Positions 48,469-57,817 of a stretch of 64,000 bases of DNA are shown here, in pieces. This DNA is from an uncultured bacterium (lineage in GTDB: Bacteria > Patescibacteriota > Saccharimonadia > UBA4664), in contig CAVRET010000002.1 in NCBI GenBank assembly GCA_963720265.1, positions 931 to 64,930 on the forward strand, read 5' to 3'. The notes below the pieces were generated by a model. It made no database searches. It was given only the letters and a program-made list of their open reading frames with translations, and was not told the origin of the DNA. The first letter of the stretch is position 1, and every line of letters starts with the position of its first letter. A program made the position numbers and the translations under genes.

Positions 48469-48587
48469 TTTCTAGCTGGGACTCCACGAGCCTCACAGTA
48501 AAGAGGAGGGATTGCGATGAAACGTCGTCCACAGCGCCTCTTTCTCAGCTTTGACCGACGCAGAGTGCTTTGTCAAACTCCTCGGGG

Positions 48588-48956
48588 CTACCTTTGCGGG
48601 TTGTGGGATTGGCTAAGCCTCCTAGCTAGTTCATCAATGTACATCGCAACCTCTTCGTATGCCCTAGATTCTTCGTCAGGAATTATAATACCCCTAGATT
48701 GAGGGACCCGAAATTGCATGAACGACGCGACCCCGAGTGCGGCTAGGATCTCACTATTACCAGCGCCGGCAACCGTACCCGCGTAATATCGCAGCTCGTC
48801 GGGGTTTGCCATACTAATACTCGCGAAATCCTGCCCGTCCAATTCTGAGTAGCGTTTCGCCGCCAGGGATTCAGCCCTAAGTTGGAGAGATTCTTGTTTC
48901 CTCTCGGCCAGTAATTCTTCAGATATAGGTGAGTCCTGGCCGTGCTCCGGGCCCAT
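48588..48956 (-). CDS. hypothetical protein (122 aa)
   Basis: Open frame with no recognisable domain. Confidence 0.4.
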   Translation of the reverse strand: MGPEHGQDSPISEELLAERKQESLQLRAESLAAKRYSELDGQDFASISMANPDELRYYAGTVAGAGNSEILAALGVASFMQFRVPQSRGIIIPDEESRAYEEVAMYIDELARRLSQSHNPQR

Positions 48957-49121
48957 TGTTTAACCCTTTCTCTTATATAGAGTAAAGCATCATTGGTAGC
49001 CCATCAACGACATCGATGATGACAATACCGGTTTGGTACCTGCTCGTCGCAGCCGAAGCGAGCCTGTGCCTTCACTTCGATGTAAAAAAGCGAATTGGGT
49101 AACTTCAGAGCGACATGAATG

Positions 49122-49382
49122 TTACTTATATAGCTGGCTGTGCGTCCCAACAGCCACGAATAGCGCCGTGTTCTCGTCTACCTGCCGGTAGTGTGCTCGC
49201 CAGTCGCCACCAAACGCTATCGAACGATGTCCGATCCACTCCCCCGTCAGCGGATGATTATATAAGCTGGGATGGTTTGGCTCTGCCTTAAATAAGGCGA
49301 GCGCCTTTGCAAAACGATCCCGCTGAGCGGGCCGTAACTTCTTGTACTGCTTCTTGAATTTTGGGGAGTAGAAAAGCTGCAC
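49122..49382 (-). CDS. RelE/YafQ-family type II toxin
   Basis: 86 aa, MQLFYSPKFKKQYKKL...NHPSLYNHPLTGEWIGHRSIAFGGDWRAHYRQVDENTALFVAVGTHSQLY (YafQ-like mRNA interferase pattern). Starts 4 nt after the antitoxin stop. Confidence 0.75.
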   Translation of the reverse strand: MQLFYSPKFKKQYKKLRPAQRDRFAKALALFKAEPNHPSLYNHPLTGEWIGHRSIAFGGDWRAHYRQVDENTALFVAVGTHSQLYK

Positions 49383-49385
49383 GAA

Positions 49386-49658
49386 CTAGCGCTCAAGGTC
49401 AGCAATCATGTCGTCGGCGCTATCGAAGGGGCCGGAGACGTTACCTGCTGCATAGTCGGCGTCCGCCTCCTTGATAAGCTCCTCTAGGTACGGCGTGGGA
49501 GTCAACCCAACGTTAAACTCTACTTTGCCACTGCGGAGCATTTGCTTAATCTGTGCGTTCATAAGGGCAGAAACGGGCAGGCCAACTTGGGATGCAAATT
49601 CCTTGAGCTGGTCCCTGGTCTCGGGGTCGGTCTTGATATTGATAATAGCCGTATTCAT
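49386..49658 (-). CDS. RelB/DinJ-family antitoxin
   Basis: 90 aa. INIKTDPETRDQLKEFASQVGLPVSALMNAQIKQMLRSGKV resembles a DinJ ribbon-helix-helix N-terminus. Confidence 0.7.
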   Translation of the reverse strand: MNTAIINIKTDPETRDQLKEFASQVGLPVSALMNAQIKQMLRSGKVEFNVGLTPTPYLEELIKEADADYAAGNVSGPFDSADDMIADLER

Positions 49659-49829
49659 GTGACTATTGTATAGACAATGATTATTAAGTCAACCGATCCG
49701 CTAACGGCTCACAAGCTCCATTGTGCGACACGGTTACGGTCAACGTGCTAGCTGACCGCCCGACCTCAGTCGGTTCGAACGCTATCCCTCTTAGCAAATC
49801 CCCTTATGCTTTTGGTACAATAGCCGCAA

Positions 49830-50126
49830 ATGCCGACGAAGAGTGCCACCAAAATCTACATAAAATCCGGGTTTGCCATACCCCTCGGCCTACTTTTAGT
49901 AGCCTTAGTCTTGTCTCTCGTCGGTCTAGCAATGTACAGCTCGATGAATGCAAAGCATTCTGTGCTCGTTTTTCAGCCAGAAACTAGCATGCCCACGGGC
50001 ACTATCTCAATTGTCGGCCTCGATGGGAAGGTACGGCACTCACTTACAAGTCCCCCCAGCTCCGCTTCGTATGATCCGACCACATATTCGGTAGAAGGTA
50101 GTGCCCTTGTGCAGGGAAGTGTCTGA
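49830..50126 (+). CDS. small membrane/secreted protein, apparently truncated by IS insertion
   Basis: Signal/TM segment GFAIPLGLLLVALVLSLVGLAMY. The stop codon TGA is supplied by the first bases of the IS terminal repeat (cTGAacc). Confidence 0.45.
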   Translation: MPTKSATKIYIKSGFAIPLGLLLVALVLSLVGLAMYSSMNAKHSVLVFQPETSMPTGTISIVGLDGKVRHSLTSPPSSASYDPTTYSVEGSALVQGSV

Positions 50127-51287
50127 ACCACCCCACACTTCCTTGAGCTGCAACTAAAAAGACGACACACTGTTTTCTGTCCACTTCAAAACAAACAGGA
50201 AAACAAATATGTCGTCACCCAATATTGTACGGGGTATCCGTACTCGTATACAAAAGCAATTAATGCCCAGTGTGCCGAGCCGTTGGCGGACGCAGCTGTC
50301 GTTTGGCCTGCAGGCATACGGACTTAGAGCTTTCCAGAGCGCCAGTGGCAATGCCCGCATGGTGGTTGCCAACCCCCACACCGGTCTGCGTAAGGCAGAG
50401 CGCATGTTCCAAAACACCGCCTTTACCGACCAGCTCGGAGAGGTTTTTGACCAGCTGGCGCTCGTCAAACCACGCAGCTATGTAAATGTAGATCACTCGG
50501 ACATGCATGGGCTCACAGCCTTGGTAGGTGCCGTACAAACCCGGAAGGGCAGATCCCTCCCTTGTATGGTTGAGACCACTTACGCTCACCATATTCCTGC
50601 CCACGAGAATGCCGCTCCGCACTGGAAGAAACTCAGAGCTGCCATGCAAGCGGCCCGCCGGCAGCAGTCTTTTACCGAGCATACCGTCACTAGCCTCCAA
50701 GCCATGGCTGACCGGCTCGGCTTCTGGCCCCGACTGGTCTTTGACCGCGGTTTTGGCAACCGGTCCATTGTGACGCATCTAGCAGCAGCAAACGCTACCT
50801 TCTATGTCCGCCTCAAAGCTGGCCGCCACGTTGCATGTGACAGCGAAGTAACCGAGGTCAGCACTCTAACTGACCGGGATACCACGGTCCAGATATATGG
50901 ACTGACTCTCCGGGTTATCCGCTCGCCCAAAAGCCGGCGTGCCAAAGAGTCCTGGTACATACTCACTAACGATTTCAGAAGCAGTCGAACTAAGATTATC
51001 CGAATTTACTACCACCGATTCGAGATTGAAGAGACCTTTCGGGACATTAAACACATCTTTGAGTACAAACGCACCAGGTTAACCAAGCCGCATAACCTAA
51101 AGCTCATCTTGTGGCTGGTCAGCCTTGGCATTGCACTACTTTATCTGGAAACGAAGCCCACTAAACAAACCGTGACAAGCGCCAACCCCAAGAAGCAAAC
51201 GTCCTGGCTCCGCCAGGCCTACGAGCAACTGCAGCAGGCGTTAACCGAGCAGGTCTGGGGCGGGGTGTGAAGTGTGGGGTGGTTCAG
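50123..51287 (+). mobile_element. IS4-family-like insertion sequence, copy 1 (1165 bp)
   Basis: Terminal inverted repeats CTGAACCACCCCACACTTC (50123-50141) / GAAGTGTGGGGTGGTTCAG (51269-51287). Carries one transposase gene. No flanking direct repeat was found for this copy. Confidence 0.85.
50209..51270 (+). CDS. tnp: DDE transposase (IS4-like)
   Basis: 353 aa, ...LVFDRGFGN... and ...YYHRFEIEETFRDIKH... (the Y-(2)-R-(3)-E-(6)-K block typical of IS4-group transposases). Identical copy at 56670-57731. Confidence 0.85.
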   Translation: MSSPNIVRGIRTRIQKQLMPSVPSRWRTQLSFGLQAYGLRAFQSASGNARMVVANPHTGLRKAERMFQNTAFTDQLGEVFDQLALVKPRSYVNVDHSDMHGLTALVGAVQTRKGRSLPCMVETTYAHHIPAHENAAPHWKKLRAAMQAARRQQSFTEHTVTSLQAMADRLGFWPRLVFDRGFGNRSIVTHLAAANATFYVRLKAGRHVACDSEVTEVSTLTDRDTTVQIYGLTLRVIRSPKSRRAKESWYILTNDFRSSRTKIIRIYYHRFEIEETFRDIKHIFEYKRTRLTKPHNLKLILWLVSLGIALLYLETKPTKQTVTSANPKKQTSWLRQAYEQLQQALTEQVWGGV

Positions 51288-51316
51288 ATGCGGGTTCTTT
51301 CATTCTTATGCTTAAA

Positions 51317-51814
51317 TTATTCGAATATAACGCCGGATAAGTAGCGCTGAATCAATACCTTATCTGCGGGGAATAGATTAAGCCCTAAGCCTTCATCCGG
51401 TTCATACCAACCCCAATCGAGACGCCCCTCGGATTCCAAGTCGCTGAAGTCACCTGAAACATAACGGGCTTTCATACCAATAGTTACATAGCTTCTTTCT
51501 TTATCAGCCCGATAAAAATCATATACGGAGATAAGGTTGAGATCCGAGCAGGCCACTCCACTCTCCTCCTTCACCTCCCTGACACCACAATCTTTGAGCG
51601 TTTCGGCATTCTCCCAATGGCCACCCGGTACGCCGTAAACATCGCCTTTACGGGTATCCTTTCCGAGAAGTATCTTGCCGTCCTTTACGACAACAACAGC
51701 GACCCCAATGCTCGGCCTATCGTTCATCTCAACTCCTTCCGGCTTTCTACTGACATAGTATAAACCAGCCCAAAGCCGCTCCGCCAGTTCTTGATATACC
51801 CCGGTGCGGTCCAA
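51317..51814 (-). CDS. NUDIX hydrolase
   Basis: Nudix box GGHWENAETLKDCGVREVKEESGV (GX5EX7REVXEESGV). Confidence 0.8.
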   Translation of the reverse strand: MDRTGVYQELAERLWAGLYYVSRKPEGVEMNDRPSIGVAVVVVKDGKILLGKDTRKGDVYGVPGGHWENAETLKDCGVREVKEESGVACSDLNLISVYDFYRADKERSYVTIGMKARYVSGDFSDLESEGRLDWGWYEPDEGLGLNLFPADKVLIQRYLSGVIFE

Positions 51815-51928
51815 CGTATCGCTGGGTTGTTCACGATCAAAGATTGCACCGGCAGCTCACCCTTGCGCGGGCCAACTTCCGGTTAGCATAAGACACCGAT
51901 TGGCCCTGCCTCTGCTATCATAAAAGTC

Positions 51929-52369
51929 ATGAGCGAAATCACAGTACAAGAAGTCCCCATCGAGCAAATTCTCGGCGTCCACGAAAGCGTTTCAGAATTC
52001 GAAGTACCAGCTCAAAAAGCGTACTTTGAAGATCGCTACAAAGATCACGAGCATCTTATCATCCTTGGGTCTCTCGATAGCTCGCCCGCCGGATATTTGG
52101 TCGGCTACGATCGCGATGGCGATGGATCGTTTTACTGCTGGATGGCAGGCGTCGATTCTCACCACCGGCGGCGTGGCGTTTTAAGTGCGCTCATGGATTT
52201 CCAGGATCAATGGGCCAGATCACATGGATACCACAAAATCAAAATTAGAACGATAAACGAACGCCGAGAAATGTTGATAAACCTCATAAAACGAGGCTTC
52301 TTACTAACTGAAGTCGAGCAACGACCCGATGCCGGCAATAACGCTATCAGCCTCGAATTTCCTCTCTAG
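51929..52369 (+). CDS. GNAT family N-acetyltransferase
   Basis: ...HHRRRGVLSALMDFQDQWARSHGYHKIKIRT...NLIKRGF (acetyl-CoA binding motif A region). Confidence 0.7.
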   Translation: MSEITVQEVPIEQILGVHESVSEFEVPAQKAYFEDRYKDHEHLIILGSLDSSPAGYLVGYDRDGDGSFYCWMAGVDSHHRRRGVLSALMDFQDQWARSHGYHKIKIRTINERREMLINLIKRGFLLTEVEQRPDAGNNAISLEFPL

Positions 52370-52430
52370 AGCCGCGGTGCCCTCCATATCGGTTCATCTG
52401 CAAAAAGTGTACCATTATGCTAGAACTACG

Positions 52431-53060
52431 ATGCCTGAGCACGACAGTCACCAAGAGCCACTACCAGCCTGGTCAAATCGGATCGAGGATATGGTGCGAA
52501 ACGCCCAGCCGCAGAAGGAAGCTGGCCAGGATGTCTTGCGCCTCGACCAAGTTTCGTCAAATGCCTTGCACCTGGATAACACCCGCCTTCAAGAACTTGG
52601 TCACGCCATTCAGGACCATGGCTTAACCTTTGACCAGCTCATCGAGGCTGGCCATGGGATCAATGATGAGGGCATTTACACCCAATTTGTGGGTAATTCT
52701 CTGGACCGTATCGAAGTACGAATCCGCCAGACCACTCATGAAGACTCACCTGACATGCATTCGTGTATCTCCGGCGCATTACTCGCCTACGTTCTGATTG
52801 AGGGCACACAAACGCACGACATTGCTATGGACTTCGGCGGCGTACAGGCAGCAACCACATTTCGTGAAGAGCATAACGAAACCCTGCTCGAAAACCTCAC
52901 CGCCGTACCGCACACTCAACAAGGACTCCAGCTGGCATTTGAAAACGCCCTGACCGGGCTGCCTGATGATGTCAACCCTGCACTTGCCAGAGTTGGGGCC
53001 GGCGCCACCATACTTGGCAAAATCGCCGCTGTAGAGTTCACCGGCGGCCTAACGATATGA
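52431..53060 (+). CDS. hypothetical protein (~210 aa)
   Basis: Long open frame (the ORF track extends upstream to 52329 into the GNAT gene). No recognisable domain. Confidence 0.4.
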   Translation: MPEHDSHQEPLPAWSNRIEDMVRNAQPQKEAGQDVLRLDQVSSNALHLDNTRLQELGHAIQDHGLTFDQLIEAGHGINDEGIYTQFVGNSLDRIEVRIRQTTHEDSPDMHSCISGALLAYVLIEGTQTHDIAMDFGGVQAATTFREEHNETLLENLTAVPHTQQGLQLAFENALTGLPDDVNPALARVGAGATILGKIAAVEFTGGLTI

Positions 53061-53499
53061 ATGAAAAATTTCTAAAATTCATGAAAACTGCGGGCAAGCT
53101 CAAGACCCTTAAGTCATGGCGCTCGCACTCGCCGAACACTTTGGCGTTGACGAGGCTAAAGTGACCAAAATGGCCGTGCTTCACGACTTGGCTGAATCAA
53201 AAATCGGCGATGTCGTCGCCATGCGCGGGTCCAAAACCCTCGCCAATCAGGCCGACAAAATAACCAAAGAGCGTGTCGCAATGCGGGAAATCGCCGCCCT
53301 TGCGGGCCACGAAAGCGACTGGGCCGACGTATTTGATGAACTCATAGCGGATCAAACGTTCACGATCTCGAATTGCTCGCATTCTTGGAAGAGCTCAAGC
53401 GCCAGGCATAAAGCGTCGCCGCCACACTGGTTGCCAGATTTAAGCTCGACACACCGGGCCGCATCGGCAGCGCCACCAGCCGGTCAGCCCGCCGTTTGA
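53057..53499 (+). pseudogene. degraded HD-domain 5'-deoxynucleotidase (YfbR-like), frameshift plus internal deletion
   Basis: The frame starting at 53057 gives MNEKFLKFMKTAGKLKTLK, a YfbR-type N-terminus, then runs into a stop. A second frame from 53116 gives MALALAEHFGVDEAKVTKMAVLHDLAESKIGDV (HD motif). About 15 residues normally lying between these parts are missing. The 3' part overlaps the convergent SpoU gene. Confidence 0.5.
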
Positions 53500-54097
53500 G
53501 TTCGTCGGACACCCCTTCGCGCTCGGTGCCAAACACCAGCAGCGCCCGCGAATCAATGCCCGCTGTCGCAATCGGTTCGCCCTCCGGATCCATCACGGTC
53601 ACCGGCCCGGCTAGCTCACTGGCATCCTCAGCCCTCATCACCGGCACGGCAAAATGCAAGCCTGAACTACCGCGCACAGCCTCGGCGTGCCACGGATCAA
53701 CCTGGCCGATTGTGGTAACGCCGCTGGCGCCCACCGCCGCCGCTACCCGTACGACCGCCCCCACATTTCCGAGCCGCCGCAGATTTTCGAGCAGCACCGC
53801 CGGAGCCATGCGGTTACGATCGCGCTCGGGCGCCGTGCGATACACCGGCCGCCGCGCCACGGCCGCAATACCAGTGGGGTGCCGACCGGGCGAGTAGCGC
53901 ACAAACACGTCCGCCGGCACTATCTGCACCAGGCCTTGCAGCGCACCCGCCACATCCGGTGCCAGCTCGGCCGCCAGCCTCGGCCAGTCCGAACCTTCCA
54001 CGGCCACAACCTCGGTCAAGTCAGCGCCAAATCGCAACGCATGCTTCACGGCATGAAAGCCGTCAACCGTCACCAATTCATCGCTCATCGTGCGCAT
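53360..54097 (-). CDS. SpoU/TrmH-family RNA methyltransferase (second copy)
   Basis: ...LLENLRRLGNVGAVVRVAAAVGASGV..., LVFGTEREGVS and ...LNLATSVAATLYA (SPOUT motifs). Confidence 0.75.
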   Translation of the reverse strand: MRTMSDELVTVDGFHAVKHALRFGADLTEVVAVEGSDWPRLAAELAPDVAGALQGLVQIVPADVFVRYSPGRHPTGIAAVARRPVYRTAPERDRNRMAPAVLLENLRRLGNVGAVVRVAAAVGASGVTTIGQVDPWHAEAVRGSSGLHFAVPVMRAEDASELAGPVTVMDPEGEPIATAGIDSRALLVFGTEREGVSDELKRRADRLVALPMRPGVSSLNLATSVAATLYAWRLSSSKNASNSRS

Positions 54098-54101
54098 AAG
54101 T

Positions 54102-54563
54102 CTATACCGACCCGGCCGTGTTGTCAGCTCGCCCGCTAATTATCGCCCTAAGGGTCTCCAGATCGGCCCGCAATCTGGCCTGGGCCATTGATTCAATCGC
54201 TTGTCGCGCCAGATTCAGCACAAAATTCTGAAGCTTAAACTGCATATGACACACCACCTCACACTGCACAGGCTCGAGTGCGCGGAGCGCAAACACGGCA
54301 TGAAACGTCACCAAGCCGGCGTCATTAACTAGCTCGATCTCGCGATTTGGCACCAGCCGCACCACATGCACTTCCGAATGTATCGTGTGTCCGGCTGCCA
54401 CAATCTCGGTTTTGTAGTCCATCCCCTCGCGCATCGGACCTCTAGACGAGATCTTGCGCATACCGCTGTTCCACAACGGATGCCGGCTCAGGTCGCACAG
54501 CTCACGATACACCTCCGCCACCGGGCAGGGAAATTCCACCGGGATGGTTGCGACGTACGTCAT
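54102..54563 (-). CDS. SRPBCC (polyketide cyclase/START-like) family protein
   Basis: 153 aa with a beta-grip-like pattern and W at ...HPLWNSG... Typical length and profile of SRPBCC ligand-binding proteins. Confidence 0.45.
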   Translation of the reverse strand: MTYVATIPVEFPCPVAEVYRELCDLSRHPLWNSGMRKISSRGPMREGMDYKTEIVAAGHTIHSEVHVVRLVPNREIELVNDAGLVTFHAVFALRALEPVQCEVVCHMQFKLQNFVLNLARQAIESMAQARLRADLETLRAIISGRADNTAGSV

Positions 54564-54579
54564 TATCCGTAGTATAGCG

Positions 54580-56277
54580 CTAAAATAACTGCCCTTGCGA
54601 CCGCTTAATCCGGTTGATCCGGCGCTTGTGCTCTTGGCTTGCTAGATCTGGGTCAGCCTGACGCGCCACCGGCAGTGCTCCGGCGAAACGCGACAATCCG
54701 GCCGACTGCCCGCCGCGCCTGCGTGCCCAGGTTATATCAAGCCGCTGTTTGGCCCGTGTCATGGCCACATAAAACAGTCGCCGCTCTTCATCGATGTCAG
54801 TCGCCAGTGCGGGCCGCATATGAGGCAGTAGCCCATCCTCGGCCCCCAGCACAAACACGTGTTCAAATTCCAACCCCTTGGCCGCATGAATGGTCGCAAG
54901 CGTAATCGCCTCGGCCAATGGATCGTAATATTCAGCCTCTCGCAAATCCGCAAAATAGCGCCCGGCCGCCACCGCGTCAGAACCAAACCGCGCGGTAATA
55001 CTCGCTAGTTGCGCAAGTTCGCGGCGGCGGGCCTCATCATCAAAGCCACCGATCTGCGCCGCAATCCGTTGTACCAGCTCGGGTACCGCTACCGTGCCAA
55101 CCTGCGCCACCAACTCCCGCTCCAGCCACCCGTCAGCCGCATCGCTACCAAGCCGCTCAAGCGCGCGTACCACACCCTGCATCTCCGGTCGCTCGTACGG
55201 CGACCCCTCGCCTGCTACCTGAAACGGCAGCCCCGATTCATTAAGCCGCCGAATTAGCTCACCCGCCGCCCGATGCGTCCGGTACACCACGGCAAAATCG
55301 CGGAAGCTCGAGGCCACCGGTTCGTCCGCGCTCGCTTCATTGAAACCTGTCCCACCCACGCCGGTCTCAATCTGTCCCACAATCCAATCTGCTTCACGAT
55401 ACTCGTCCAGCATTTCCATCAGCCGCACGCGTCCGGCTGCGCTCTGTGCCGGCTCAAGTGCTGCTCCTTCCGAAAAAACCGCATTCCCAACCGCCACGAT
55501 ATCCCGAGCTGAACGGTAATTCACCCTCAGACAGACATTCTGCGCTTCTGGAAAATCGCGCTCAAACCGGTCAAATACATCTCCGTTTGCTCCACGAAAT
55601 CCGTAAATTGACTGCCGCGAGTCGCCAATCACAAATAATCCCCCGCTGCCGGCAAGCAGCTTCACCAGCTCATACTGGAGTTCGTTTGTATCCTGAAATT
55701 CGTCCACCAGCACATACTTACGCGCAGTTGAACTCGGATTGGCGCGTACACGGTCATACAAATCCCTCAGCACGCCGTCGAAATCCCGCTGACCGCGCGC
55801 CGCCAGCGCTTCGTCGTACCGGGCCGCCAGTTCGGCCAGCTCGGCCGGCGGCTCAGTGACATAGCTAGCTCTACTGAGAGCCAGAGATAACGCCCGCGCA
55901 CTTACCCCCTTAAACGCCGTCGGCCGCCTCAACTCAGCTAATACTGCCAGCCGTTCATCATTACTAACAAATGCCCGCCCATCGTCACCCAGCACCCGCA
56001 CTCCAAGCGCGTGAAAGGTCGTAATCTCGGGCCTAGGCATGGCCGCACCAGACCCAACCAACCCGTCCACTCGCGACCGCATCTCAGCTGCCGCCTTGCG
56101 CGTAAATGTTAGTGCCAAAATCTCGGACGGCCTCACCCCGCTACTCAACAGCCATGCCGCCCGAGCTGCCAGGGTCTTGGTTTTGCCCGTCCCCGGTCCG
56201 GCCACAATCATTACCGGCCCATCGGGCGCCGTCGCGGCCGCCCGCTGTTCGGCGTTCAATTCGTCCAATGTCATCAC
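54580..56277 (-). CDS. UvrD/PcrA-family superfamily-1 DNA helicase (compact, 565 aa)
   Basis: Walker A AGPGTGKTKTLAAR, motif II VLVDEFQDTN, motif III GDSRQSIYGFRGA, and C-terminal TIHAAKGLEFEHVFV...FYVAMTRAK. Confidence 0.8.
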   Translation of the reverse strand: MMTLDELNAEQRAAATAPDGPVMIVAGPGTGKTKTLAARAAWLLSSGVRPSEILALTFTRKAAAEMRSRVDGLVGSGAAMPRPEITTFHALGVRVLGDDGRAFVSNDERLAVLAELRRPTAFKGVSARALSLALSRASYVTEPPAELAELAARYDEALAARGQRDFDGVLRDLYDRVRANPSSTARKYVLVDEFQDTNELQYELVKLLAGSGGLFVIGDSRQSIYGFRGANGDVFDRFERDFPEAQNVCLRVNYRSARDIVAVGNAVFSEGAALEPAQSAAGRVRLMEMLDEYREADWIVGQIETGVGGTGFNEASADEPVASSFRDFAVVYRTHRAAGELIRRLNESGLPFQVAGEGSPYERPEMQGVVRALERLGSDAADGWLERELVAQVGTVAVPELVQRIAAQIGGFDDEARRRELAQLASITARFGSDAVAAGRYFADLREAEYYDPLAEAITLATIHAAKGLEFEHVFVLGAEDGLLPHMRPALATDIDEERRLFYVAMTRAKQRLDITWARRRGGQSAGLSRFAGALPVARQADPDLASQEHKRRINRIKRSQGQLF

Positions 56278-56297
56278 AATGCCACTATACTAAACAT

Positions 56298-56624
56298 ATG
56301 TTGCAACTTCCCGAGCTCCCAGCCGGAATGTATCGCCATTACAGGGGCCATCTCTACCAAGCTCTCGGCTACGGCTGCGATGCCAATGATTACGACCACA
56401 TCATGGTTTTCTACATCGGCCTTGAGCTCGAAAGCGCCCGCCCCAACACGCCGCGGCTCTCTGCTCGCACTGCTGTAAGCTCCGACCCCAAAGTCGACGC
56501 CTGGTGGGATTTCGTCCACGAAGGCGGCTCCAAATGCACCCACAAGCGCACCGGCACCACCTGCGCCACCGGGCAATCGGTCACGCGCCGCTTCACCTAT
56601 CTTGGCCCCATCTACCAGCCGTAA
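56298..56624 (+). CDS. DUF1653-like small protein
   Basis: MLQLPELPAGMYRHYRGHLYQALGYGCDANDYDHIMVFY... matches the G-Y-RHYKG-LYQV pattern of DUF1653. Confidence 0.5.
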   Translation: MLQLPELPAGMYRHYRGHLYQALGYGCDANDYDHIMVFYIGLELESARPNTPRLSARTAVSSDPKVDAWWDFVHEGGSKCTHKRTGTTCATGQSVTRRFTYLGPIYQP

Positions 56625-56652
56625 ATCTAAGGCTAGACCCGACAGTGATAAC

Positions 56653-57817
56653 CTGAACCACCCCACACTTCACACCCCGCCCCAGACCTGCTCGGTTAAC
56701 GCCTGCTGCAGTTGCTCGTAGGCCTGGCGGAGCCAGGACGTTTGCTTCTTGGGGTTGGCGCTTGTCACGGTTTGTTTAGTGGGCTTCGTTTCCAGATAAA
56801 GTAGTGCAATGCCAAGGCTGACCAGCCACAAGATGAGCTTTAGGTTATGCGGCTTGGTTAACCTGGTGCGTTTGTACTCAAAGATGTGTTTAATGTCCCG
56901 AAAGGTCTCTTCAATCTCGAATCGGTGGTAGTAAATTCGGATAATCTTAGTTCGACTGCTTCTGAAATCGTTAGTGAGTATGTACCAGGACTCTTTGGCA
57001 CGCCGGCTTTTGGGCGAGCGGATAACCCGGAGAGTCAGTCCATATATCTGGACCGTGGTATCCCGGTCAGTTAGAGTGCTGACCTCGGTTACTTCGCTGT
57101 CACATGCAACGTGGCGGCCAGCTTTGAGGCGGACATAGAAGGTAGCGTTTGCTGCTGCTAGATGCGTCACAATGGACCGGTTGCCAAAACCGCGGTCAAA
57201 GACCAGTCGGGGCCAGAAGCCGAGCCGGTCAGCCATGGCTTGGAGGCTAGTGACGGTATGCTCGGTAAAAGACTGCTGCCGGCGGGCCGCTTGCATGGCA
57301 GCTCTGAGTTTCTTCCAGTGCGGAGCGGCATTCTCGTGGGCAGGAATATGGTGAGCGTAAGTGGTCTCAACCATACAAGGGAGGGATCTGCCCTTCCGGG
57401 TTTGTACGGCACCTACCAAGGCTGTGAGCCCATGCATGTCCGAGTGATCTACATTTACATAGCTGCGTGGTTTGACGAGCGCCAGCTGGTCAAAAACCTC
57501 TCCGAGCTGGTCGGTAAAGGCGGTGTTTTGGAACATGCGCTCTGCCTTACGCAGACCGGTGTGGGGGTTGGCAACCACCATGCGGGCATTGCCACTGGCG
57601 CTCTGGAAAGCTCTAAGTCCGTATGCCTGCAGGCCAAACGACAGCTGCGTCCGCCAACGGCTCGGCACACTGGGCATTAATTGCTTTTGTATACGAGTAC
57701 GGATACCCCGTACAATATTGGGTGACGACATATTTGTTTTCCTGTTTGTTTTGAAGTGGACAGAAAACAGTGTGTCGTCTTTTTAGTTGCAGCTCAAGGA
57801 AGTGTGGGGTGGTTCAG
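56653..57817 (-). mobile_element. IS4-family-like insertion sequence, copy 2 (identical, inverted) with 9-bp target-site duplication
   Basis: Same terminal repeats as copy 1. Flanked on both sides by the direct repeat AGTGATAAC (56644-56652 and 57818-57826). Confidence 0.85.
56670..57731 (-). CDS. tnp: DDE transposase (IS4-like), identical to the 50209-51270 copy
   Basis: Translation is 100% identical to copy 1 over 353 aa. Confidence 0.85.
   Translation of the reverse strand: MSSPNIVRGIRTRIQKQLMPSVPSRWRTQLSFGLQAYGLRAFQSASGNARMVVANPHTGLRKAERMFQNTAFTDQLGEVFDQLALVKPRSYVNVDHSDMHGLTALVGAVQTRKGRSLPCMVETTYAHHIPAHENAAPHWKKLRAAMQAARRQQSFTEHTVTSLQAMADRLGFWPRLVFDRGFGNRSIVTHLAAANATFYVRLKAGRHVACDSEVTEVSTLTDRDTTVQIYGLTLRVIRSPKSRRAKESWYILTNDFRSSRTKIIRIYYHRFEIEETFRDIKHIFEYKRTRLTKPHNLKLILWLVSLGIALLYLETKPTKQTVTSANPKKQTSWLRQAYEQLQQALTEQVWGGV

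Noticed and set aside
50260-50778. 172-aa ORF antisense within the transposase gene (present identically in both IS copies)
   Set aside because: It is identical in both copies simply because the IS copies are identical. It lies opposite the conserved DDE transposase frame and has no features of its own.
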